From NCBI GenBank assembly GCA_977016875.1, contig CDRNST010000037.1, positions 806,001-870,000 on the forward strand: a stretch of 64,000 nucleotides of DNA, read 5' to 3'. This stretch comes from Pavona decussata (taxonomy: Eukaryota). The notes beneath the pieces were generated by a model that saw only the letters and a program-made list of their open reading frames with translations, did no database searches and was not told where the DNA came from. How positions within the stretch are numbered: position 1 is the stretch's first letter; every line of letters begins with the position of its first letter. Of this stretch, positions 51,866 through 63,498 are shown in pieces. The translations under genes and the position numbers were made by a program.

Positions 51866-51960
51866 CTTGTTTAATACAGTAGGTTAAAAAAATGATTTTT
51901 GCAGCCTTACGGCAAGCCATAACTAGGAAAATATTTTCGGAAGTACGATGTATGCTACTT

Positions 51961-52218
51961 GGGGCCTGATTGTTTGAATGCTGATTAATGCTAATCCTAA
52001 CTTAAAAGTTAACCAAAGGTGTTATCTCGTTCCTTAAAAGTGTTTTTAAGGGCTACAATATAATTTTAAGTTAATATTAATTTTTGTAAAGAAAGGTCTA
52101 AGTCAAAACTAAGGGACAAAGATGTTTTGGAAGCATCCTTGTTGGTTAGTAATTAAACTAGAATAAAAGTTCATGCTAACCCAGGATTAGCATGATCAGG
52201 CTTTGAACAATGCGGAAA
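51961..52218. mobile_element. Decayed MITE
   Basis: Imperfect TIRs attgtttgaatgctgattaatgctaatcct / aggattagcatgatcaggctttgaacaat. Confidence 0.5.
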
Positions 52219-52631
52219 GATCCACAACCATTAATTTAGGATTCTGTAGGGGTTGAGACCCATCATGTTTGTGTAGACAGGTCTCCCTGATTAATGTTGT
52301 CTTTATTTTGGAATTAGGTCACAATTTATAAAGGGGACTGTAGAATACTTCTTCCCCCCCCCCCCCCCCCATCCTTGTCTAAAGCTAACTGTTACTAATA
52401 TCTTGTAGTTTAAAAGGAGCCTATTTTGTATCATAAGGGGCCTGTCTTGTGACTGTCTCAACAAGTTTTCAAGGGGTACTTGTACACGAGGAGCAAGTAG
52501 AAACCGTGGATGATAAAAATCAAGTAGCAGTTGTTTGATTATTAGCCTGTCACATGTCTTCTGCTTTTCTCTGGACTTGATTTTCTCTCCTCTCTTTATC
52601 ACTGCCAGATTACATCTGTATAGCTGTATAC

Positions 52632-52703
52632 CCTGTGAGCAGAGATCCCTTCCTTTCCTTTTTCCAATTTTCTAGGAAGATCAAAGGGATCTCTGCTCTC
52701 AGG
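52632..52703. repeat. Short hairpin MITE-like palindrome
   Basis: cctgtgagcagagatccctt ... aagggatctctgctctcagg (20-bp stem, 1 mismatch). Confidence 0.7.
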
Positions 52704-52887
52704 ATAATGTGTATAGTCCATCAGTGTAAGAGTGTACATGATGTGATCATATCCTTAAGAATGTCTGCAGTACATGGGCAAGCTATACCCTGAAGATTTT
52801 AGCACATGTTCACCACAACAATGTGAGATTCTCCTGGCTCACTCTTTTGTTGAGCCGTCACTGTCATACATTTTCATTTCTTTTTAA

Positions 52888-53039
52888 GGACGGTGCCTAC
52901 TTTTGTTACTGCGCATACATTCTGCGCATCTCGAGATACTCGGGTTTCCTATGGTTGGTGCCTACTAATACAGGGATACTTTTGCGTGGTTTAAAACTAT
53001 GCGGGGAAAGCAGAACTTACCAAGTGCTCTTGGTATTTG

Positions 53040-53070
<31 letters not shown>

Positions 53071-53290
53071 CAGAGATAATAAAGCTTCAATTTGATAAAA
53101 AAAAGGAAATGCCATACATCGCTTTGTATTTTAGCACTTTTTAGAATTGTTGTTTCTTAATTATCTCTAAAAAAAATGCGTCGATACCCCCAATTTTCTT
53201 TTTGGATTCCAATAGCCCTTGCTAAGATTGTCCTTTTTCCGCATAGTCATAAACTACGCAAAAATACCTCTGTATTAGTAGGCACCGCCC
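52888..53290 (-). mobile_element. TTAA-specific MITE, third copy, opposite orientation
   Basis: TTAA|ggacggtgcctact ... agtaggcaccgccc|TTAC; interior is the reverse complement of the 47138 copy. Confidence 0.85.
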
Positions 53291-54105
53291 TTACGGCAAT
53301 TTCTATTACGATGGCTCTCTTTGGGTAGGGTAATACATGAGGGCATGTGGAACTTTACAAGTAAGTAATGTAATTTATTATAGACAGGAGACATGTGATG
53401 TTCTTAAAAAAGAAAGGTTTATTCATAAACGTCTTTGCATGCATATGCACGTTCAATTTAAATTATTAACATTTTCCTTAGTTGTCTTATTGTATTTCGT
53501 TTGAAGTCTAGCTTCTCTATTAGGAATTTTTATATCAAAGGACAACTTTCAATCCAGTCTTATTTCCAGACCCCTCTCCTCCTCTCTGTTGCTGACCAGT
53601 AGAGAAAGAGGCTCAGAAACAAGATTGGTGTGGACACGTGTTCATAAGACGCATGCTCAGACAAATATTGGAAAAGCTCTAATTGTGCTGACTTAATTAA
53701 TTGTTAATAGTGGTATAGTTTTGTTAATAAATTATAATCTGAGGTCAACCGTCCATTATAAATAGGTTTCCATAATGGTTTAGAATACTTACGGAAAAAT
53801 AGAAAATCATTAGTTTGGATGTACCGATAAGTGTTAGAAATTCTGAGCCAGCAGATTTTTTGTATGTTAATTTAAGTAAAAACTGAAGAAACGTTCGCCC
53901 TTGAAACACATTTTACTTAAAAAAATTACATTGATGGCCGCTTAAATTTGGCTGGTCCATTTAATATATACATGATATTAAATCGAACTTCATTCTTTGA
54001 GAAAACAGGGAAATTTAGGAAAGTAGTGCTTTAGCCTTACAATATTTTTCAATTGTAGTTTGGCCCAGAAAAGGTGTTCAATAAATAGCATTTTATTAGA
54101 ACTTT

Positions 54106-54140
54106 TTGTTTGTTTGTTTGTTTGTTTGTTTGTTTGTTTG
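54106..54140 (+). repeat. (TTTG)n microsatellite
   Basis: About 9 tandem tttg units. Confidence 0.9.
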
Positions 54141-54619
54141 CTTTTCCTTTTTGCTTGTTATTGTTGTTGTCTTCTGATTTTTGCAATGCCTGATGAAGTA
54201 AATTTGAGTTTTTGATGCAACTTGAATTGCCCTGATGAGCAGTTTGAGGACATGCAATTTACGTCGTGAAAATTTAACTTGCCTCTACTTTTAGAAAATC
54301 GGAGAAACGTTCGCTTGTTTGTCCATTTAGCTTTATGGTTCCATTCAAGCTTTTCGTTTTTAATCCTTGCACGACTGATAACAAAACAATAATACTGACT
54401 CAAATGCGTTGCAAGGGCTACTACAAGTTTTTTCAGGGAAAAGGTTAGGATAGAACCTACAGCTGTGAAGTCTTGGTCTAAGCGGGGTCCTGATCAAATC
54501 AGATTTGATCTCACCTCTTATGTCAGCTCCTCTCTGCAGTGCATACCAGATATATTGGCTCAGATCGATTGGAATGGAGGGTTGTCCAATATAGACAAAC
54601 TGATACGGTCTGAAAAAGC

Positions 54620-56152
54620 GGCCTTACGATCCGTACGGTTTGTACAGACCGTAAAGACACTTTTCGGTCCGTAAATTGCATCCAACCCTAACCTCGGTCT
54701 GTACAGATCGTAAAGGCACATTTCGGTCCGTACACGGTCCGTAAATTGCATCTCATTAAGGACACTTACAATATTTCCACGTCTTATCTGAGTGAGGGGC
54801 TTGTAAAGTTTGACGATCCGTACGATCTGTACAGATCGTAAAGGCACTTTTCAGTCCGTATACGGTCCGTAAATTGCATCTCATTAAGGACACTTAAAAT
54901 ATTTCCACGTCTTATCTGAGAGAGGGGCTTCTACGGTTTGACGATCCGTACGGTCTGTACAGATCGTAAAGGCACTTTTCAGTCCGTATACGGTCCGTAA
55001 ATTGCATCTCATTAAGGACACTTAGAATATTTTCACGTTTTATCTGAGTGAGGGGCTTGTAAAGTTTGACGATCCGTACGGTCTGTACAGATCGTAAAGG
55101 CACTTTTCAGTCCGTATACGGTCCGTAAATTGCATCTCATTAAGGACACTTAGAATATTTCCACGTCTTATCTGAGTGAGGGGCTTGTAAAGTTTGACGA
55201 TCCGTACGGTCTGTACAGATCGTAAAGGCACTTTTCAGTCCGTATACGGTCCGTAAATTGCATCTCATTAAGGACACTTAGAATATTTTCGCTTCTTATC
55301 TGAGAGAGGGGCTTGTAAAGTTTGACGATCCGTACGGTCTGTACAGATCGTAAAGGCACTTTTCGGTCCGTATACGGTCCGTAAATTGCATCTCATTAAG
55401 GACACTTACAATATTTCCACGTCTTATCTGAGTGAGGGGCTTGTAAAGTTTGACGATCCGTACGGTCTGTACAGATCGTAAAGGCACTTTTCAGTCCGTA
55501 TACGGTCCGTAAACTGCATCTCATTAAGGACACTTAGAATATTTTCGCTTCTTATCTGAGAGAGGGGCTTGTAAAGTTTGACGATCCGTACGGTCTGTAC
55601 AGATCGTAAAGGCACTGTTCGGTCCGTATACGGTCCGTAAATTGCATCTCATCAAGGACACTTAGAATATTTTCACGTTTTATCTGAGTGAGGGGCTTGT
55701 AAAGTTTGACGATCCGTACGGTCTGTACAGATCGTAAAGGCACTTTTCAGTCCGTATACGGTCCGTAAATTGCATCTCATTAAGGACACTTAGAATATTT
55801 CCACGTCTTATCTGAGTGAGGGGCTTGTAAAGTTTGACGATCCGTACGGTCTGTACAGATCGTAAAGGCACTTTTCAGTCCGTATACGGTCCGTAAATTG
55901 CATCTCATTAAGGACACTTAGAATATTTTCGCTTCTTATCTGAGAGAGGGGCTTGTAAAGTTTGACGATCCGTACGGTCTGTACAGATCGTAAAGGCACT
56001 GTTCGGTCCGTATACGGTCCGTAAATTGCATCTCATTAAGGACATTTAGAATATTTCCACGCCTTATCTGAGAGAGGGGGTTGTAAAGTTTGACGATCCG
56101 TACGGTCTGCACAGATCGTAAAGGCACTTTTCGGTCCGTATACGGTCCGTAT
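54620..56152 (-). repeat. 128-bp tandem array, left arm (about 12 copies)
   Basis: Exact 128-nt period (ORF-track starts 55103, 55231, ... 56127); unit holds palindromes ccgtacgg, tctgtacaga, ccgtatacgg. Confidence 0.97.
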
Positions 56153-56599
56153 ACTTGACCAATAGAAAGGTGAGACGAAATTAGAAATCATTTTAAGACA
56201 TAACAGGTGTTTGATGTCAACTATAACAAATTTTTATTGACAACGGGGTAACGGGAGTCTCTTGTTTATTAAATAAAAGGAAAGAACAATGAAGAAAAAG
56301 AAATGATCGAAATTCAGAGGTTTCTTTTTTTAATAAGGCATCTTTTATCAAACTTGTTTGGAAATGGGAATTTAAAATCGGCCAGCGCGCTGATAAAGCG
56401 AATTAAAACAACTCCGTCTTATGCCAACCTAACAGCAAACCGAACGACTGGTAGATACGATAGTGTTAATGGGAACCGGCTGAATATACTCGAGCCGATT
56501 TTTTTGCGGCAAATTTACCAACAATAGCTAGTGCGATTACATTGAATAATTGTTGATCCAAACAATCAACCTTTCTGTCGAGGGAAGGTGACAAAATTG

Positions 56600-57370
56600 T
56601 GATTGCATCATTTGGTTTCTCACACTAAAGAACGAAGAAAACATATATTTGATGTATTTTACAGCATCAGCTCCTAGTTTATATTTTGTTTACTTCTAGT
56701 ATATTTTCTGTTTTAACGAGAAACGCATCATTTGGTCGCTCACGCTGATAGAACGAAGTAAACATGCAGGTTTCCATGGACTCAATTTTCATTTTGTCCC
56801 ACTTACTGACGCTTAACGGCGTTCATAAAGAACGCGGGATCCAGCCGATTGTAATTTTTTGTAAGAAACGCATCATTTAGTTTCTCACACTAAAGAACGA
56901 AGAAAACATATATTTGTTGTATTTTACAGAATCAGCCCCTAGTTTTTATTTTGTTTACTTCTAGTTTCTTTTCTGTTTCAACGAGAAACGCATCATTTTG
57001 GTCGCTCACGTTGATAGAACGAGGTAAACATGCAGGTTTCCATGGACCCAATTTTCATTTTGTCCCACTTACTGACGCTTAACGGCGTTCATAAAGAACG
57101 CGGGATCCAGCCAATTGTAATTTTTTGTAAGAAACGCATCATTTAGTTTCTCACACAAAAGAACGAAGAAAACATATATTTGTTGTATTCCACAGCATCA
57201 GCCCCTAGTTTATATTTTGTTTACTTTTCAACTTACATGTCGATTGTAATGTTTTGTAAGGAACGCCGGCATCATTTAGTTTCTCACACTAAAGAACGAA
57301 GAAAACATATGTTTGTTGTATTTTACAGCATCAGCCCCTAGGTTATATTTTGTTTACTTTTCAACTTACA
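56600..57370 (+). repeat. Central secondary tandem repeat (~130/265-bp periods)
   Basis: gcatcattt.gtttctcacac.aaagaacgaagaaaacatat at ~56605, 56870, 57135, 57269; the longer unit ~56605-56865 repeats at ~56870-57130. Confidence 0.85.
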
Positions 57371-57376
57371 TTCAGT

Positions 57377-58210
57377 TTACGGACCGTATACGGACCGAAA
57401 AGTGCCTTTACGATCTGTACAGACCGTACGGATCGTCAAACCGTATAAGCCTCCCTCTGAGATAAGACGCAAAAATATTCCAAGTGTCCTTACTGAGATG
57501 CAATTTACGGACCGTATACGGACCGAACAGTGCCTTTACGATCTGTACAGACCGTACGGATCGTCAAACTGTACAAGCCCCTCTCTCAGATAAGAAGCGA
57601 AAATGTTCTAAGTGTCCTTAATGAGATGCAATTTACGGACCGTATACGGACCGAAAAGTGCCTTTACGATCTGTACAGACCGTACGGATCGTCAAACCGT
57701 ATAAGCCTCCCTCTGAGATAAGACGCAAAAATATTCTAAGTGTCCTTAATGAGATGCAATTTACGGACCGTATACGGACCGAAAAGTGCCTTTACGATCT
57801 GTACAGACCGTACGGATCGTCAAACTGTACAAGCCCCTCTCTCAGATAAGAAGCGAAAATGTTCTAAGTGTCCTTAATGAGATGCAATTTACGGACCGTA
57901 TACGGACCGAACAGTGCCTTTACGATCTGTACAGACCGTACGGATCGTCAAACTGTACAAGCCCCTCTCTCAGATAAGAAGCGAAAATGTTCTAAGTGTC
58001 CTTAATGAGATGCAATTTACGGACCGTATACGGACCGAACAGTGCCTTTACGATCTGTACAGACCGTACGGATCGTCAAACTGTACAAGCCCCTCTCTCA
58101 GATAAGAAGCGAAAATTTCCTAAGTGTCCTTAATGAGATGCAATTTACGGACCGTATACGGACCGAAAAGTGCCTTTACGATCTGTACAGACCGTACGGA
58201 TCGTCAAAAC
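57377..58210 (+). repeat. 128-bp tandem array, right arm (about 6.5 copies), inverted relative to the left arm
   Basis: Same unit on the opposite strand, 128-nt period (57402, 57530, ... 58042, 58170). Confidence 0.97.
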
Positions 58211-58398
58211 GTTCACCCGTCGCTCAGGTAATGAGATGCAATTGTCAGACTGTATACGGACCGAAAATTGTCTTTACGATCCGTACGGATCGTAAGGCTG
58301 TTTTTTCAGACCGTATCAGTTTATCAAACCGTACGGATCGTAAGGCTGTGTTTTCAGACCGTATCAGTTTGTCTATATTGGACATGTCTGTTGGAATG

Positions 58399-61046
58399 TC
58401 CGCTGTCGACAGTAGTGCTCAACTCAGTTTGGTTCATTTACACCCTTGATCGAAGAAGACATCAAACGCCTTATCGGGAAATCCCCACTCCCCTTGTGGT
58501 TGAGTGTCTTGATGTTCCCCTAGCAGTTATTAAGATGATCAACCTCTCTCTCTACAAACTGGAAGTTTTCCGGATATCTGGAAACGTGCAGATGTCAGAC
58601 CAAGACTGAAGAAACCCAACTCTGAGGCAACGTTTACCAACTTACGCCCCATCAGTAACCTACCATTTGCTTCAAAGCTGACTGAGCGGGCTGTGTTTCT
58701 GCAAAAGCATAACCACCTGACCACACACAACCTCTATGCTTTAGCGCAGTCATCAAACAGGCAACACCACAGTACCGAGACTGCATTACTAAGAGCCAAA
58801 AACGATACCCTACTCAATATGAACTAGCAACGCGTCACCCTGCTTGTACTTCTTGAACTAAGCGCGGCCTTTGATACTGTGGATCACACAATTCTGGTTG
58901 ATCGTCTCCATACGGACTTTGGTATATCAGGACAGGTGCACTCTTGGTTTGATGTCCTATCTCCGCGACAGATTCCAGTCCATCTCTATCTACGGCGAAA
59001 CATCAACGAATTTTCAGATGAAGTATGGCGTACATACTTATGCTAATGATACACAATTGTATATCTCCTTTAATGCTGACTCCAGCGCTGAGCAATCCGC
59101 TGCTCTCGAGGCCATGCAACACTGCATTGCGGACATCAGGGAGTGGATGCTCCGGGACAGGTTAACGGATTGAACGATGGCAAAACGGAGATCATCATCA
59201 TTGGCACACGACAACAACTCGCTAAAGTAAACATAGACACCCTGCAAGTCAGAGAAAGTGTGATTACACCGGCTGGCGAAGTCAATGACCTTGGGTGCTG
59301 GTTCGATAAACATTTTAAAATGGACACGCACATATTTAGCATATGTAAGGCCGCATTCTTCGATTTATTTAACATTAGGAGAATTAGAAAGTTTCTTAGC
59401 ATAGATTGTGCAAAAATCTTAGTGAATGTTTTTGTGACCTGTCGCTTGGACTATTGAAATAGTCTTCTATACGGGTCACCAAACAACCAGTTGCACAAAC
59501 TCCAACGTGTGCAAAATGCAGCTGCACGTCTCATCTGCAATGTTAGTCGATTCGATCATATTACTCCTTCTCTATACAGTCTCCACTGGTTACCCATTAT
59601 ATATTGAATACAGTTTAAAATTTTACTTTTTGTCTTTTAAGCTCTAAATGGACTTGCCCCTTTGTACATATCAGAACTCTTACAGCCTAAGCCAGCCCCT
59701 AGTTATAACCTCAGATCTTTTGTGAATACATTTTTGTTAGATCAGCCTTAGCGTCTAACCAAGGGGAATCAGCTCAGTTTAACAAACGAGTCGAATTCAG
59801 TAGACACAACTGTTGTTCAATGGTTACTTGTATTTTAGAAATTCACTCTACAGCTCAGCTACAACATTCTCTACTGAAGAACTTCTCGCGTTGCTTTTAT
59901 GTGAGCCGGAGTATGATTGACAACCTACTGTCAAATACTAATGTAGGCTAACGTAAGCCTTCTTATAATTGGTTGGTGTTGGAATTTGTAATAGGTATCT
60001 TCCCGTTATTTGACGAGGAAAAGGCACCGTCCTTCCAAGGTTTTCGTTATGTTCTTCGAAATGTCCAACCAAAATAAAGCAACGGGAGAAATATGAAAAT
60101 TACGATGAACGATGAACATCTGTATCAATAAAAATTACACATTGACAATCATGAGTTTATAATATGCTAGGATGAAGTTTCAAGCAGTGTCCAGCGTTGT
60201 TGTTGCAAAACAACAACTTTCCAAGAAGAAAGGCGGTACTACAAGTCCACGCCTATTTCCATAAAAAACAGTGTACGTGGTTACAACTTTCAGTTACCTT
60301 ATTAAAAATACAGTGCGTGGTTACAGAACAGAAAGTATTCACATTGATAGTCACCCTCAAATGGAAAGATTTAAAGATTATTATTATTCAGATAAGAACA
60401 GTGAAAACTAACTTTAATAACAAAATATCGGCTGGTATAAATTAGGTAAAAAACACTGAATATCTTCATTAGAAACGATAAAAACAATTGTTATAGAGGA
60501 AAAAAACCAATTTCAAACATTCTTGACGGAAAGACAAATTTCCTGACAAGCAGTCCAAAACAGAACACCTGTTTATACCAAATTTATACCAGGAGAAAAC
60601 AACATTTGATCAGAGCTAGATCAGCATTACACTAAACCATAAATAGAAAGATAAACCATTGAACTTTTAAAATTTTTATCCCTTTGATTCAGATATACCC
60701 GTAAATAAAGCATATATTGTATCGCTTCCCAACACCGAACAATTAATAAACCAAAGTAAACTAGTGATAAAATAATACAAGTGTGAGTTTCTACATTGTT
60801 CGTATTTTTATTGTTTAACACTATTACTGAAATATCCTACTTTTAAAAGGCTTGCTACCTTGGGCGACTGCTCATTCACTTGTGCGGCACCCAAACTGTG
60901 GAACAATCCAGTCCCTTGCGATATCCGTAACGCTAGCAATTTAGATCATTTTAAGCGCCTGCTCAAAACCTATCTGTTCAGAAAGGCCTATAGTCACTAC
61001 CTTTTGCTGTTAGTCTACTAATCATATACTAGAGTTAGTCTTTTAC

Positions 61047-61102
<56 letters not shown>

Positions 61103-61283
61103 GTTGTTGTTGTTATAAGCTGCTATTGTAATTTATCTACCTATATCGATTTTAAAAATGCTTATTTTAATTAGTATTTATTTATCACTTTCAATTGTAA
61201 CTTGTTTTTCGATTTTGTGATGCGCGTGTGCAAATCTTACTATGTAACAGGCGCAATAGAAGTAAATAAATTATTATTATATT
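58399..61283 (+). mobile_element. Decayed L2/CR1-group LINE (RT and 3' end), interrupted by ~1.1 kb at ~59750-60830
   Basis: Frameshifted RT motifs [89 protein letters not shown]; then LGDCSF..AAPKLWN, FKRLLKTYLF (60840-60990) and a gcgc...aataaa(tta)n tail. Confidence 0.9.
61047..61112 (+). repeat. (TTA)n then (TTG)n microsatellite in the LINE 3' UTR
   Basis: About 18 tta units followed by ttg units. Confidence 0.9.
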
Positions 61284-61637
61284 AGAAGGGAATAGGGTTG
61301 CTGGTAATATAGTTTTCCCAGCAACTGCAAACAGGTCGTGTTTATCGTCTTTCGATCTCTTGTTTAATTATTAGGCATAAAGAATCAAATTTAATTTGCG
61401 TTAGTTAAATGCATGTAAATATATGCCACACGGAAATTCGCGTTAATTAAATGCTAGCGACCATAACTTTTCGAAAATTCGCATTAATTTTATAACGCGT
61501 AGATTTTGGTCGCGTTGTTAAATGCTTCGTTATATTCCTATTATAAAGTAATATAAGGCGCTAAAGTATTTGTTTAACCATCTATTAATATGTTAATTTT
61601 CAGCTCTAAATATCCGCGTTCACAAACTGATTTTTTT

Positions 61638-61675
61638 CTCTTGATAATGAGTCAAGATGACTCCGAAACGTCGAG
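61638..61675 (+). ncRNA. Minimal type-I hammerhead ribozyme-like motif (U3-A8 variant), Penelope-type
   Basis: CUC-UUGAUAA-U[GAGUCA aga UGACUC]C-GAAAC-GUC-GAG: stem I CUC/GAG, perfect 6-bp stem II, GAAA core, palindromic ACGU stem III, GUC cleavage triplet. Confidence 0.6.
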
Positions 61676-61785
61676 CCTTAAATCTCTCTGTAATTTTTGC
61701 ATGTCTTTGCTTCAGCAAATCTTTTTTAATTAAAAGTGAAAAGTCAAGCGTGGGAAAACACATGAAGTGCGAGCCTTCGATCGGC

Positions 61786-62778
61786 TCAGTCGAAAATCAT
61801 CTTAGCAAGAAAGATTAAAACGAGACACAAAGGTAACAGAGTCCCTCTGGTGAGCGAACCACCGTCTGTGGGAGATGATGGAGTTGTGGTGGAAATTCCC
61901 TTCACTTCATGACAGATCGCCGCGTCGCATCTCAACAAACAGTTTCCTTTCTTACATGTTTGATAACACTCTTTTACAGCTGATGAGCAAGTCATGTTAC
62001 ATTTGGTATCATCGCAGTGCTGCCTACACACAACTGCGTCACAATACATGGTAACCACCTCAAAACCGAACCCATCTCCATTCTGCGTGCATTCATGCGC
62101 ACGCGTTGAACAGCTCATACTGCACGTGCTATGCAAACACGCCTGCTGGCATCTTTCTGCCTCGCATACCATGTCGGCGATTGCATGGCCTGTTTTTTGA
62201 GTGCAGTTTTTAACGCCACCTGAACATTTGAACTGAAACTTGCCAGTGAATCCTTTTTGCTCGCATGTCTCGACCGTCTCCAAACACGTCATGTCACAGG
62301 AAACGGTTTTACTGCTTCGCTGACAAATCTGGTTACACGACTTCGCTTCACAGTTCATTATCAGAGCATTTTGGGGAATCAATGCCGCCTGGTCGCAGCT
62401 TGTAACATTCTTTCTGCACGCCATACTTCCGCAGTCTGCAAGTACACACCTTTGGCGACAATCTCTTGATGTGCAACTTGTGGAATCACAGGTAAGGTTC
62501 GAGCATACCTGGTCACAGCACGCTGATGCCTGGCAGTCTAACGCGCTGCATAGGTTCCCTGTGGTAAGATTAGCTGACGGAATCGGAGAGCAATCCTGAC
62601 TGCAAGAGACCTGAGGAGTTTTCCTACCACACGAAAACGCACACGGAGGATGGGAACATGATGTGAGATTTTGCCTGCATTGATCATTCACTGAGGAAGG
62701 ACAGCTTGTAATGTTAGTAGCCGAGTCCACAGCACCAAAGAGTATCACCAACGCTACCGTGAACAGAACAAACGCCAT
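61786..62778 (-). CDS. Cysteine-rich cell-surface protein, 330 aa, signal peptide and probable GPI anchor
   Basis: Single coding exon; MAFVLFTVALVILFGAVDS signal; repeated CxQxCxxxxCxMxC units; S/T-rich stalk, DGGS, hydrophobic tail LLPLCLVLIFLA; acceptor-like ttttcttttatccccgctgcag ~85 nt upstream of ATG. Confidence 0.85.
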   Translation of the reverse strand: MAFVLFTVALVILFGAVDSATNITSCPSSVNDQCRQNLTSCSHPPCAFSCGRKTPQVSCSQDCSPIPSANLTTGNLCSALDCQASACCDQVCSNLTCDSTSCTSRDCRQRCVLADCGSMACRKNVTSCDQAALIPQNALIMNCEAKSCNQICQRSSKTVSCDMTCLETVETCEQKGFTGKFQFKCSGGVKNCTQKTGHAIADMVCEAERCQQACLHSTCSMSCSTRAHECTQNGDGFGFEVVTMYCDAVVCRQHCDDTKCNMTCSSAVKECYQTCKKGNCLLRCDAAICHEVKGISTTTPSSPTDGGSLTRGTLLPLCLVLIFLAKMIFD

Positions 62779-63498
62779 TTGCAATCAAGACGATGAAACG
62801 TAACGTGGGGACTGGCGCCGCACAAAGAAGGCGTGGCTCAATGTGAAGGAGTCTGGATCCTACCTGCAGCGGGGATAAAAAGAAAACATTAGTTTGCGAG
62901 TTATGCACAAATGTCGGAGTTGAAGCGCCCGTCTCAGTCGAAAGAGGGGTTTTATTGTAGCCCTAGGTGCATATGCCTTCGCCTTTATGCTTGTTTCGAA
63001 TTCATTGCAGCTTTGCTCTCACATCACAAAGGCTCTCCGAAAGAACGGTTGCAAGCCCTGCTCGCCGTGAGGTACTGTGCATTTGGCAAACGTTAGAGGT
63101 CCTTAAATCGTTAACGGGATAAAATCAGCCATCTTGAATGTGGGGCCAACCTCTGACCTTCTGGTTTATATGGCGAAAAGAACAATGTAATTAAGATACC
63201 GTGATCCGACTTGAACAGTGAAGTTGGGGTACTAAGCGTGCAACTGAACGTTTTTAATTTTTCTTTACATTTGTCTGTAAAGCCCCGGCGTCGAAGTCCA
63301 CGAAGATAAATTTTTTGTAAAGACATGAATGAAAATTTTAAAAAAGTTAAGCTTGCGTAGCTACAAACTTCCCGTGGACTTTGGAGGCTAGGAGATCGGG
63401 CTAGACTCCTTTCAAAGATTTTCAGTTTTTTTTTTGTTGTCTACTCTAGAAAACCATGGCTCGGGACCCTCATGAAATGGTTTACTAATTAACAAATA

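Larger units (their letters stand above)
54577..58390. mobile_element. Foldback-like non-autonomous element (KDZ/Zisupton-like termini) with inverted 128-bp satellite arms
   Basis: 8-bp direct repeat TTGGAATG (54569-54576, 58391-58398); IR tgtccaatatagacaaactgatacggtctgaaaa / ttttcagaccgtatcagtttgtctatattggaca offset 6 nt from each end. Confidence 0.85.

Noticed and set aside
54912-58449. Many near-identical 63-aa ORFs (MPLRSVQTVRIVK...) suggesting a peptide gene array or a CRISPR-like array
   Set aside because: They start at GTG, overlap each other and arise from a 128-nt period that is not a multiple of 3. There are no unique spacers and no cas genes; this is a satellite inside a TSD-flanked element.
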